Assembly: GCA_021613535.1 (NCBI GenBank)
Contig: CP075492.1
Span: 3,410,001 to 3,474,000 of the forward strand
Reading direction: 5' to 3'
Length of the DNA: 64,000 nt
Source: Adineta vaga
Lineage: Eukaryota; Animalia; Rotifera
Part shown: positions 1-12,639 of the stretch, piece by piece
How the letters are laid out: every line of letters starts with the position of its first letter
How positions within the stretch are numbered: the first letter of the stretch is position 1
Made by a program: the position numbers and the translations under genes
The notes under the pieces: generated by a model
What the model saw: the letters and a program-made list of their open reading frames with translations, nothing else
The model's database searches: none
Told to the model about the DNA's origin: nothing

Positions 1-3000
1 TATAGTTAATGTGCTCACGTATGAGCTGGGTATCGTCGCTTTGAATTCATCAATAGTTGATTGAATACGTTCGTTCAACGATTGAACTGATAAAAGATTG
101 GCATTCATGAAATCACTTGTTACGAGCTGCATCAGTGTGTCATTGATAGCTCCCTGAGAGAATCGACAGAGAGAGGCAAGCAGTTGAAATTGTGCACTAG
201 CTGAATACCGAAAATCGGTTGGAGAGAATCGTTCTATCAAATCACCTTCGCCATATAGATAGACAATCCAACGATCAGAAACAAAGTCACTCGAGCACAC
301 TTGATGAAAACGAGGTTCGATTGTGAGAAATGATTCATATTCCATTGATACATCGGAACATGGACACTGAAGAGAACTAGGAAAGCGTTTGGCTAGATCT
401 TCGTATGTTGATAGTGATGGTTTTTGAACTTGAATATTTACTAACCGATGAGTGAAAGTGGAAATCAAATATACGATCGAAAGTGTTATCACTATCAACA
501 CGAAATGTAAATGACGAGTTGTTTGACGTTCATCACGGCAGATAAAAAACGTTTTAATAAAAGACATCAAAGTGGCGTAAGATACACCACTCATGATGTA
601 CTCTATCAATTGAAGAATGATTAAGAGAAGAAATTTCAAGCCAAGTGAAAGTCCTCCAAAAATACTGACAATAGTAGTGATAACAAGAAACAGATCCATT
701 CGACGCTCGTAATCATATGTACATGTCAAGGGAGCACATGCTTCGTAATAAGATGTGAAAGACGTATTTGACACCCAGTAATCAACCATAAGTTTATTGA
801 CAAGCGATTCTATCGTTTCATTTGGCGAGTTAAGATTCGGATTAAGTGGTGTGAAATGAAAAGATTCTTCTTGTGACATATACATGTATTTATCAATCTC
901 AACCATACAAGATCGATTGTAGAAGCATTCCAATGTTGATGCGAAAAAACTGTCAATTAAGAAGCATCCAACAAAGAAGTTAGGAATATCGAAAATGATA
1001 TTAAAATCGTTAGTGATAAAATTATATTCACTTATGGACATCGTCTCGCGACACGACTCTTTGAGTGCACATGAACAATTGTCATATGTTTGTGGCATCA
1101 TTTTTGTTTTTCTTGTTATTGGATCCAGTATAAAATCAATATTCAAGTGACCACTAGTCAGACCATTCCCATGTGTAGTTGCCAGAATGAGTTTCACTAT
1201 ACGAAGCAATTGACTAGTTGTAGTAAACTGCCAATTTTTTATGAGCGATTGAAATTGAGATTCAAATATTTGTGGAGAAATAACGTGTGAGTTAACAAAC
1301 TGCGTTTGAATGAATGCGTCAAGTGCATTGGTGACTACTTGTTCAGCCTGTGAACAAAATACTACTAAGGTTTGAAATTGAGAACCGGCATATAAACGGT
1401 AATCTCCAAGATAATAATATGAATCGTCGCCTATTGCAAAAGTGTACTCCAACCATTCGTACGTAACCAAATCACTTGAACATGCTTGATGAAACTGAGG
1501 GTGCATCGTTATAAACGTGGAGTAGGGTATTGAAATTACTGAACATTGACATGAAAGACTACTTGGGTATTTTTGTTCCAATTCAATATATTTCGATGAT
1601 GTTGGCTTGAACTCAGTCTCATGATAAATACTTACACTCAGCAGTGTATAGGTCGCCAAAACAGTAAGTGAACTGATAAGCATGCATATATATATTCGAG
1701 TAGCAATACGCTGATAATATACTTGACGGTCATTGCTCGATTGTTGCTGGAAAAGATTCAATTCAATAACAACTTTTTTCAAAAGAGTTTTATATTGATT
1801 TAGACGAGCATGCACTAAAAATGAAGAAGAAATAGACGAAATGAAATTATGTTGAAGATAAAAGAGTGCCCCACTCCCCATTGTCTCTTGTTTCCATAAA
1901 TATTCTGAACTTACAAGGTACTTTTGGAGTCGGTAACGTGTTTCGTGGTTGTCGTAGAAATCGAATAATGGACGGAATAATAAAGGAAAGTACCAATGTT
2001 AAACCACCAAGAAGACCGAGGAGTTTTGTCAGTATAAATCTCATATCACGTCGTTTTACTTGTGAGTAAGTACATAAATTAGGTGCACATTCATCATAAT
2101 ATTTGCTGTAAGATACATTTATCGTCCATTCTTCAACCATCATACTATCGACAATCGATTTCACCATTGAATTTACATCAAAACGACTATTCTCATCTAG
2201 TTTCAATGCATTAAATGTGTCGTTCGTAGGGAAATAGCTAGCGAGTATATCGACACATGTCTGATTATAGAAACATTCCAGTGTAGAATACATCATTGAA
2301 TTCACTGGTAAACAACCGGTTACTATTCCAGGAACTTTCAGTAATAATATCTGACTTGTATTGTTATAGATATTTGCTGAAGTATAACAATCCACAAAAC
2401 CAAAACAGTCACAAACATATTCTCCAATACTTTCATAACTAACGGAATCAATAAGAATATAGGGATCCACATCATCGGTCCGGTATTGCAAGTAAAAATT
2501 TCTCTGTAATCCTGAAATGAATTGTTTGTTCATTTGACCGATAATATCAAGTCGGTATTTCAAACTATTTGGTGCTGTCGATCGAAATTGATCCAAAGTC
2601 GATTGTATTTGTGACCGAATAACACTCTCGGATAGAACTTGGGTACTAATGTATGTATTCATATCCAATGAAGTAATACTATTTATTGCACTTGTTTTAG
2701 AAAGATAACAAAATCCAGCTAATGCTTGAAATTGAGCACCTCCAACATATCGAAAATCGGTGGGATCATAAGAGAGGGAAGCCATATCGATACTCACTGC
2801 TTTCATCCATCGATCCGAAACAAAATCACTCGAACAAACCTGATGAAAACTTGAATGAAGTGATATGAATTCACCATAAGGTATAGAAATTCGAGAACAT
2901 GAACATTGTGCATCGGGAGGCATTGATTTAAATTCAATCATTGTTGGATGATGAAGTGTAACAATTATGGTTTCAGTATTGAGCCACAAGATAAAAGCAA

Positions 3001-3148
3001 CACTGATCAGAAGTACTCCGAGCGATAAAAGATAGACTCGGGTAGCTACGATGTTCGAATGATGTTGGTATTCGTCTTCTTGTGCATCACCATCGTCATC
3101 CGGCTCGAAAAGATTCAAATTCAGAAGATAAACCTTGAGAAAAGACAT
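1..3148 (-). CDS. Multi-unit membrane protein: at least 3 tandem ~430-aa modules (TM1, Cys-rich ectodomain, TM2); 3' end runs off the window
   Basis: Exon 1 3148..1915; phase-1 intron 1914..1815 (GTAAGT...TTTTAG); exon 2 1814..<1 reads LHARLNQYKTLLKKVVIELNLFQQQ...IATRIYICML (unit 2) and CRDERQTTRHLHFVLIVITL...CPCSDVS...FHQVCSSDFVSDRW (unit 3), repeating the unit-1 motifs LNLF/TRVY, CxCS, FHQVCSSDFV, CxPxxCxY, GGL. Confidence 0.85.
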
Positions 3149-4085
3149 TATCTTAGTTCAAAAAAACAAACAAACTATACGACTAAACTTTGACAAATCA
3201 TAACTTGTATTGTTTGTCGGCCTTGAATTGAATAAAATATTTCTGCATATATCAACATATTAAAATACTCATTATAAAATTACTTGAAATATTTTCTCAT
3301 TTTTTGTCAAGTGAACGCGAATGAGTTTTTTCTTAATATGTATCATTGAGCAACAATTTTAATGATTGTTTCATTTTCTGCAGCATTTCATATATACAAT
3401 ACGTCATAGCTATTCTTTAATTTTCTCGAACATATTCATAGCAGAAAGGAAGAACACGGATCTAAATATCTTATAAGAATTGAGAAAGAATGACTATAAA
3501 TGGATTGTCTTTTTTGAGATTTGTCAAATGAAAATTAGATGCAATACAATTAAAATATATTCATGGATATAAATGATTATTATGCGAACTGAAGATGAGA
3601 GTGAACATCGAGAATCGTTTGACACTATGGAGTGGATGAAATTCAATTCATTCGAAACTTTTCTTTATCATTCATCTTTACTATTCGGATCTTATAGATT
3701 AACAGCAAAATATGAGAATTACAGCTGCAATAGAATACTATAGTGCATATTTTTTTAAATAAACTTCAAGTGAATTTCTGCAAATGATATTCTCATTTAT
3801 GTTTCAGATTTCAAGGACAATGAATGTGGGCTATTAAAACTTTTGATTTAGTTATTCTAACTGTGTTTCTTTCGAGGCATTTTCAAAAGGATACTTCACA
3901 ATAAATTTGTTTTATTATCAATTAATTTTTCTTCGAAGCTTTAATTATTGTAATTATATGAAGTCTTTGTATGATATTTAGAATAACATGTAATACTCGT
4001 TAGAACGGTTTCATTTTTTATGGGAGCGCCAGAGAATATAGTGAATACCTTCAGATACGTCCTCAAATTTAATATCATCAAAACC

Positions 4086-4137
4086 ATCTTGAGGGTATGA
4101 GTGTGGGAGAGGGTCTCTTGTGTCCACCCACACCCTG
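4086..4137. repeat. Telomere-like intergenic hairpin element
   Basis: ATCTTGAGGGTATGAGTGTGGG...CACCCACACCCTG; lone half-site CATCCTCAAGATG at ~4575-4587. Confidence 0.8.
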
Positions 4138-5410
4138 TTTGATTGAAATCAGTGTCTTTGTATGTTTTTTAATGATGGGCACCAGAGTAGCTGCGGATGT
4201 AAACAAAAAAAACTGCATACATCCTTAAGATTTCCGCTTTCGACATTTTCTTTCAGTATGGACCATCAAATCGTTCACGCTTACAAGCATCTATGCATAA
4301 TCGTCTTTCATCAGATTTTATTCTCTCACCGATGAAAAAACAACAATGTGCCACACTACCATAATGAATCATAGAAAAACATTCTCTTTCTACTCAATTT
4401 TATTTTGTCTCAACCAACATCACATAACGCACATTGCATAATCGTAAATCTATCATCATATAAGTACCAAAAAATAGACGCGGCATTGTATGATACATGT
4501 GAATTATGAATATACTTGTTCAAGTGAGTATTTTAGTCATTGCTTACTGAGACTTACTACACATTCTACACCATCATCCTCAAGATGCACAGATGTAAAA
4601 AGTATGAGAATGATTCTAATGAAACGATAATGTTTAATCTTTAACCACAATGCTACTTTAGTCAAATCGAAACTATGAAATACTTTGAGATATCCTCTAA
4701 ACTTAGTTTGTTCCTATATATTTGAATATTCATCTTATATCACATTACTCTCTTATTTCTTACATTTTCGCCTATGCCGAGTATCTGAAATTCAGCGACA
4801 TCTTTCCTATAAATGACTCAGTGGACAAAACTATGCTACCATAATCACTAAGTAGGTTTTTTCCTAGTTAAGATTTGTTCTCTGATGCAGAAGGAGTTGT
4901 ACATTGATGGATGTTATAATCAATTTTTTAATCAACTCCCAAAACTAGAACAAGCAATTAGATGAAGAGTGAAGCAACATATCAGCAGCTATTTTCGGAT
5001 GTTACATTTTCTTATTCAATGCATATTCAGTTCGTATGTACAAGAATTTAATCGATTAAATTTCAATTTGTTTCAAAAGAAGTATTTTTAATAATCTATA
5101 ACTAAAACAATAAGAACTGAAACTGACAGCCAATACAAGTTGTACATGTGTTCATAATATGTTTTAAACTGCAGCTGCTTCTTCAATATAGCATGATTAT
5201 CTTGACAAATAAGGACCGAATACATTCACTACAAAATCATTTCTGTCAATCACAATTTTTCTTCTGTTTTTAATTGTACCTCTATTCTAGAAATGCTTTT
5301 GCTCTTCAGTTTTAATATCATACATGATGCTGACATGTCGAACAGTTTTGTATCTCCGATCATTTCTTCTAGATCTACTATATAATTTGTAGCTTTGGTT
5401 CTATAAAAAC

Positions 5411-8362
5411 ATGACTCAGAACAATTCAAGATTAAAATCTATACTAGAAAATGGTTTTGATTGGAATGATGAATTAGTATGCTCGCCATTAATGTCAGAT
5501 GGTGGTATCATTCTGTTACCGTATGACCTTAATCAAGAAGATGAAAATCATGATGATAAACAATCAACATGTGTATCATATATAGAATCAATTTCTAAAC
5601 CAAATAAAATCTTTTTCATTACAACGACTGAGTGGGCTATGACTATTATACCTTTGATTCATTCTTATAAACAAATTGATTCTATTTTCATTTTATCTGA
5701 GAAGACGATCGATGTTCAATACGATGGCATTTATAACAAGATTATTGGTTCTTATAATAACGAAGAACAATTGATCGATTCTATTCGTGAACAGATTCTT
5801 CTCGAAAGGCAACAACATCTTTCATTTTCATTTTATAATCAGCATCAAAAATCGATTCGAGATTTATCAAAAGAATCAGCGTCCTTCCTTTGGTTAATAT
5901 TGTTCAAAGATATTATAATACGAATGAGATCAGAAAATTCTCATGAACAAGCCAAACAAGAATTAGTCGATCAATTGAAACAAATATATCGTAATAATAG
6001 AACTCAGTTAAAATTAATTACACATTTCAATCAAACATATAAAAGAACAAATAGTGAACCAATTCGTTGGTATACAGGTAAACCATTTTTACACAAACAG
6101 ATTAATCGAGCTTTACGTACTGAAGATATTCAAATGTTACATACTTTTCGTTACATTATTTCTGATATTAGTAATTGTCTTGCAGACGAATTCGAGTATA
6201 CGAAAGCGTTTATTGATCAAGTAATTCTTTATCGTGGATTACAAGTAACGAATGATGAACTAGAAAAATTAAAAAACAATATCGGCAAAATGATATCAAT
6301 GAATGGATTCATGTCCACGAGTCGGTCACGTGACATTGCGCTAACATTTGCTGGTAAATCAACCACAAATAAACAGAGTATAATGTTTGAAATTGAATGT
6401 GATGTTAATAAATTACAAAATAATTCGGTTATTTTTGCTGATATAACTCGACTGAGTGATATAAGTGAGGAAAGTGAAATTCTATTTGATATTGGTGCTA
6501 CATTTATCATGAAAACAGTATCTTATGACAATGAATTAAATGTTTGGATTTTCAAATTAGAAGCAACCGACGAAGCGGCAAAAATTAGTCAGTTTTATTT
6601 GGAACGTAATAAACAATTTATTGAAAATACCAGTGTAACATTAACCTTCGGTATTCTTTTACATATGATGGGTAAGTATCAACAAGCGCTCGATTATTTT
6701 CAATCGTTGTTAGACGACAATAAGGAAGATAAAGCATTCATTCAATTTTCTATTGGCATCGCGAAATTCGAATTGGGTAATTATCAGGAAGCATTTGAAT
6801 GCTTAGAATTCTCACGAATGGAGTTCGAAACACGTCAACCACCACAATTTCTGCCCGAAATTTATACACATATCGGTTATATTCTTAACCATATGGGACA
6901 TCATGACAAAGCATTAAAAGTTCATTTCGAATGTTTGACATATGCTGAAAAACGAGCAAAATATGATCCACTATACATAGCTACTTGTCTCGGTCGTATA
7001 GGTAATGTATATCTTAATAAGTGTGAATATGATTTAGCTATGAATTATTACATGAGATCGAAGGATTTATTACCTACTTGTTGTCCATCTGATCATGTTG
7101 AATACGGGAGAATTTTGGGAAATATCGGTTCTGTGTACTATCTTACAGGAGATATGAAACAAGCATTGACTTATTATGAACTTGCTTTAAATATTCTCGA
7201 AAAAAGTCTTGTTTCTGATAATAAAGAAATAATTGCTATATTGAACAATCTTGGCAATATAAAACGAGATCAAGGTGACTATAATACAGCATTGAGATAT
7301 TTTAAACAATGTTTAGCAATTGAAATACAAATTTTTCCTGAAGATCATCCAGACATAGCATCAACATTCAATCAAATTGGCAGTATTTTTTATTTTCAAG
7401 AAAACTATGAAGAATGTCTAAGAAACTATTATAAAGCATTTGAAATTCATTCTTATTTAAAAAATTATACACATATGGATTACGCAATCACTCTTTACAA
7501 TATTGGCTATACTTTTGCAAAATTTAGAAAAGAACTTGAGACAGCTATGAACTATGCTCAACAAGCGTTTCAAATCATAAAACATAACGAATTAATGATG
7601 ACTAATACAGGTGGAAAATGTCTTTTACTAATTGGTAGTATCTTTCATTTACAATCAAACGAAGAGCAAGCGCTAGAATTTGTTTTAAATGCAATACAAA
7701 TACTAAAAGCTGTTTATGATTCGCAGCAACATTCAGATATTGCTCTGTGTTTGACTGAACTTGGTGACATTTATTTAAGCAAGAATATGTTTGATCTTGC
7801 ACTTGAGTCACACAAAGAAGCATTGATTATTCGTGAACATTTTCTATCGAAAAATACGCCGATCGATAAAGATTTTATATCATCTTATCACAAAGATGTT
7901 GCAGATTGCTTGACTAACATAGCTAATGTGTATTTTCGAATGAAAGAAGTTGTATTCGCTTTAAATTACTGTCGGAAATCATTAGCGATGAGACAAATCT
8001 ATTACCAATCGACTGATTATGAGAAATTGATTATAGAAACAAAATCCATAGCACAAGCATTGTCATCTTTAGAGAAATGGGATGATGCATTAACGTGCTA
8101 TCTACAAATAGATCCAATAATTTCTAATAATGAAGAGAAAACATTGAATTTGTCAAATATTGGACAATGCTACAGAGCAAAAAAGGATTATTCAATTGCA
8201 CTTAATTATTACAAAGAAGCATTGGAGATTGTATCAACAATGGATATTTCTAATGTAAACACAGCTACTGCTTCAAGAGTTATCAAAGAGGACATGATGG
8301 AAATGGTCTGTGAGTGTGTGATGAAGGTATTTATTGAACATGGTCATCATTTTTACATATGA
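5411..8362 (+). CDS. ADP-ribosyltransferase (R-S-E type) plus long TPR array, 983 aa, intronless
   Basis: ART motifs LYRG, FMSTS, EESEILF; upstream WYT..PFLHKQINRALR helix; many TPR-like repeats (NIGSVY...ALTYYELAL, NNLGNI...ALRYFKQCL). Confidence 0.9.
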   Translation: MTQNNSRLKSILENGFDWNDELVCSPLMSDGGIILLPYDLNQEDENHDDKQSTCVSYIESISKPNKIFFITTTEWAMTIIPLIHSYKQIDSIFILSEKTIDVQYDGIYNKIIGSYNNEEQLIDSIREQILLERQQHLSFSFYNQHQKSIRDLSKESASFLWLILFKDIIIRMRSENSHEQAKQELVDQLKQIYRNNRTQLKLITHFNQTYKRTNSEPIRWYTGKPFLHKQINRALRTEDIQMLHTFRYIISDISNCLADEFEYTKAFIDQVILYRGLQVTNDELEKLKNNIGKMISMNGFMSTSRSRDIALTFAGKSTTNKQSIMFEIECDVNKLQNNSVIFADITRLSDISEESEILFDIGATFIMKTVSYDNELNVWIFKLEATDEAAKISQFYLERNKQFIENTSVTLTFGILLHMMGKYQQALDYFQSLLDDNKEDKAFIQFSIGIAKFELGNYQEAFECLEFSRMEFETRQPPQFLPEIYTHIGYILNHMGHHDKALKVHFECLTYAEKRAKYDPLYIATCLGRIGNVYLNKCEYDLAMNYYMRSKDLLPTCCPSDHVEYGRILGNIGSVYYLTGDMKQALTYYELALNILEKSLVSDNKEIIAILNNLGNIKRDQGDYNTALRYFKQCLAIEIQIFPEDHPDIASTFNQIGSIFYFQENYEECLRNYYKAFEIHSYLKNYTHMDYAITLYNIGYTFAKFRKELETAMNYAQQAFQIIKHNELMMTNTGGKCLLLIGSIFHLQSNEEQALEFVLNAIQILKAVYDSQQHSDIALCLTELGDIYLSKNMFDLALESHKEALIIREHFLSKNTPIDKDFISSYHKDVADCLTNIANVYFRMKEVVFALNYCRKSLAMRQIYYQSTDYEKLIIETKSIAQALSSLEKWDDALTCYLQIDPIISNNEEKTLNLSNIGQCYRAKKDYSIALNYYKEALEIVSTMDISNVNTATASRVIKEDMMEMVCECVMKVFIEHGHHFYI

Positions 8363-8568
8363 TCGACTTATATTAGTTAATTCATGCAAATGTACAAAAA
8401 AACGAAATCTGAGTAATCGTCATTTAATAAAACTCGACCAATTTTTGTCGAAATTCACATCGAACAGATATAATTTCTAGATAATAATATTATACCATAT
8501 TCAATGTAATTTGTAGACGAAGTATCATGTCTCAAATAAAATAATCAAGTTTCATGTTAAGAATATGA

Positions 8569-8627
8569 CGAGGGAGACTGAATATGAGCAACAAGATGAC
8601 CAGTTTTATCCACATCTACACCCTCGC
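8569..8627. repeat. Telomere-like intergenic hairpin element (degenerate)
   Basis: CGAGGGAG...ATCCACATCTACACCCTCG about 200 bp downstream of the ART-TPR stop. Confidence 0.65.
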
Positions 8628-10812
8628 TTTGCATTTGTTAAACCATTGTGGATGTAAAAAAATACAAAAGGAAAAAAATCAATACAACTGCATCAGAAGA
8701 TAAGAATTTTTAAAACTTTTGTTTTATTCGATTGAATGAAACTTAAACGATTCGAAAACGAGTTAATCATCCAAAAATATCGAAAATCAGGGATGATCTG
8801 TCGATGAACTTTTCGTCATAATTATAGCCATAGAACTACACGTAAATCCCTCAATACACATATAGATAGAAAAATATATAATTCGAGCGAAGCAATCTAG
8901 AACGTTTTTCATGATGATGAGAAAAGAAAATGACTTATTGATGTTTATATATATACGTACCTGCTCTATATTATATTATGAGATAAGACATGAAAATTAC
9001 TTTTAAAAAAAATAACGAAATGTTAACAAACTGTATTCTTTTGTTAAAACATAAATGTGTAATTTCTCAAATAAATTCAATTCATATAATGTCGTAGGAT
9101 ACAAACACTTCGAATCGAATCATTACTTTCTTCTTTCATTTACTTCTCAATGTACATTCTTTCCCATATAAAAAAAAACATTTGCGCAGTGCGTAATTGC
9201 ATATCTTCAGAACAAAAAGGCTTTATCAAGGACAAACCTTCTCTTCTCAATTATACAATTACATTTTTTCACATATTCTTATTCTATTCTAACGAAGGAG
9301 CGTCATAATGTCCATATATAAGCGTAAGAAAATAATGAACAGTTTAGTGTATACCCTGATTCTTCTATTTTTTCCTCACAACTATACAATACAGTTCAAA
9401 GTCAACTTACTCTTTTTCAACTATAGATACTTATCGTTTTCTCATTATTAATCGTATTCTATCTCGAGCAATATATCAATAAAACACTCAAATATAAATA
9501 CTATTTTGAGCTCATAACTTCAACATACAATCAAGACAGTATTATCATCAATTATGTAAAATCAATTACTCTTATGTGCTTTACAGAATTCAAATTCTCA
9601 ATCAAACTAAAATTCATATTTTAAATAATTTAACAATTCGAACAATTTATCTCACATCTTAATTAACGATAATTATAACTGTTATAATGAATAATTAACT
9701 TCTGAAATCTCAGACACAAATTTCAATCGGATTACTATTCATATCCAACCATAATAAGCAATCACTAAATCAGAAAATATTGTTACACATAAAATTAAAC
9801 GCTGATTAGTGCGGAGTAGTATACCATAATTTGATTTAGTTTGAGAATTAATTCAGTCTTATTCTAGGATTATGACTTAATTGATTCTGAAATGAATCAT
9901 TTAGATGGTTTAAAGCTATCGGATGAGCGACCTTTATACAAGGTCGAAATCGGCCATGGCATCTCTTGCACCATTACCCATACACATAGTCTATAGTTTT
10001 AACTTTTTCTTTTAGATTCTTTTCGTTGTTATTAACCTTCAGTATTCTATATAGTATCGCATCAGTTGAATGGCTACATTAATTATTGGCGAAATTGTTT
10101 TAATCTCTTTACCTAATCCTTTCAAAATTCAGCAAGAACAAGGAAAATGAAATCAAAATCAAAAACTTTACAGTAACAAAAAACATCAACTTAATGAAGT
10201 ACTAAGCCGTCAGTGACTAACATTTTCACTTAAAGAACCACATATGAACTTACTATCATCAATACAATAACAGCTTATTTCACTATTGATACAGAAACCG
10301 ATGATTTTTCGAAAAGACCAGCGTTAACTCATCTTTCGTGAATATTGCTTGCATGGAGTAATGCAGAAAAAAAACATTATCAAGAAATTGGTAGAATGAT
10401 ATCTATATACATGATTCAAATTTTACATATTTATATCGATCATACAAACAACAAAGTGAACCATGCGCTCTACAAATAACTATGTGTTCAATGTTTTTGA
10501 AGAATTTTTGGATAAATCTATCTCAGCCGGAAACTGAAGACATTGGCTTGAATATTCGTTTTTATGAAAATCAAATATCCTGTTAGCGACTGTTTTACAT
10601 CGACAAAATCAACATCGATTATTGACCCATATCTTGTAAATTCTGTTTTGCTTTATTAACAATGCCTTTTCTGGTTACACACTGTCTTAAAAAAAAGCAA
10701 TTATTTCGTATTCAGAACAAAACTACGTTAGACTTGAGATATCATAAGAAAACGCGTATGAAACAAATGTTTTCTGAATGAAGACAAGAAACAACAATAA
10801 TCTACTAGTAGT

Positions 10813-12147
10813 TTATTCAGATCCATCTAAAAGAACTTGTTCATTTTGATTATAAACTTCAGCTAATGTCATTGGTTCGATGATGTTCTTTGTACCAAAT
10901 CCTAATTTCTCTGATAATATTTTCGAACTTTCTAAGTCTAACTTATTAAACTCATAATTGGCAATTAAACGACCTTTGCGTAGTAAAGCTGGATCGATGG
11001 TTGTTAAATCACAATTAAATGTCGCAATAATTTGTTGATGCATTGCATCACCTAATAAACCATCAGATCTAAACGAAGAAATAATGATCACATGACAAAT
11101 TTCTGAACTGATAAATCAATTTACAAATTTAAGAGATTCGCAACAGCTTGTGATGGAAAAGAAGATTCATTTCGATCTTTAATGATATTTTCTGCATCTT
11201 CAATAATTAGAATTGAATCAGGATATTGCATCAGAAATGGAAGAAAATCTGGCGAAGAAATTTCTTTAGCCATATCTGGTGGAACATAGATCAATGTTTT
11301 TTCTTGAATTTCATGAATCAAATAACGAATATAATGAGTTTTTCCTATTCAGAATAAAAACAGCTCGATTATGTTTCACATTCATCTTTTTCTTTCCAAA
11401 CTTACCAGAACCTGGAATACCATGTAAAAGAACAATTCCTTTATCTTCTCTTGTATTCAAACTTTTAATAATTTTCTCGTGAATTGAAATAAAATGATTT
11501 CCATAGTGAAGTCCAAGATCGGTAATCAATGGTTTTTTAATTGTAATACTACTGAGATAATATCCACATTGATTTCGACAAACCATTTGTAAAGTAAATG
11601 ATCTATATGGTTCGGGTGATAAAACTGTCATTGTAAAAAAACATTTGCTCAACTCTCCTACAAATGTCATCTGATGTGGAAGAAAATAAATAGTAATTGA
11701 CGATGCAATTAAAAACCCATTATCAGAATTATCCGCTTTCAATTGATTTGGATTCAATACTTCAGGATATAAAGTAAGTTCATGGAATTCGAGCATAACA
11801 CCATTCATTAAATCACAAAAACGTGCATTCATATCTATTTGATTTGTTTGACAATTATAATTTCCAGTTATTAGATCAGTAGTTAAATCATGTTTGAGTT
11901 CTTTATGAAGGTAATCTAAGATTGTTGTTACATGTAATAATTTTCTATCTGTTCCACTCATACAATGTACAACGCATGGAAGTGCATGATATTTAGCAAG
12001 AAACAACCGAATCGATGTTGCGGCATAACGATCACCTGGTATATTAAATTGAACGAGAGCTTCCATCGATATATTTGGTAAAGCACCAACATAAGTAAAA
12101 GTTTGTTTTGATTCATTTAGTGTTGCTGTTTTCAGTTCGTCGGACAT
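10813..12147 (-). CDS. AAA+ ATPase of bacterial type, 3 exons
   Basis: Exons 12147..11406, 11344..11125, 11068..10813; introns of 61 and 56 bp. Splicing rebuilds Walker A GIPGSGKT and LLNLSDGLLGD; Walker B ILIIEDAE; Arg-finger region DPALLRKGRL; C-terminal MTLAEVYN. Confidence 0.9.
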
Positions 12148-12456
12148 GATTTTTTGTAAAATTGAAGTGTATGTACAAGAAAAACGATGCTTACTTATAA
12201 GAAGAAAGTGTAATTTCCATTCGTTGTGAAATTATGATGAAAGAACAAGCGAAAGTAATTAGTCATTTCGACTTGGAGTTATTCAGTTCATCAATAAAAA
12301 TACGACACATACATCGGTATTGGTCGATTATAATCGTATCAGAAAATGCTTTCATCATCATGTAATATATTATATTATTGAACGAGAGTTTCCTTTACGT
12401 CTTCATCTTCTTCGTATGTCATTCTGATTTGATTGGTGAAATTTGCGTGCTATAAT

Positions 12457-12522
12457 AGAGGGTGTGGGTGTGGGTGAGGGTATCAGTTAAAGTCGAAACA
12501 ACCTCACCCTTTATCTCACTCC
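12457..12522. repeat. Telomere-like intergenic hairpin element containing a four-G-tract motif
   Basis: GAGGGTGTGGGTGTGGGTGAGGGT...ACCTCACCCTTTATCTCACTC. Confidence 0.85.
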
Positions 12523-12639
12523 GATCAGAATAAAGCATATACAGATATAAAACAACTTTTACATTTATCTAATTTTATTATATTTTCAATTGTATACGGT
12601 ACATTATTACTTTCATGTACGGTGTAAATTCGTAATTGA

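Noticed and set aside
9300-10150. Possible decayed LRR/F-box-like coding remnant
   Set aside because: No frame stays open long enough to recognise a motif with confidence
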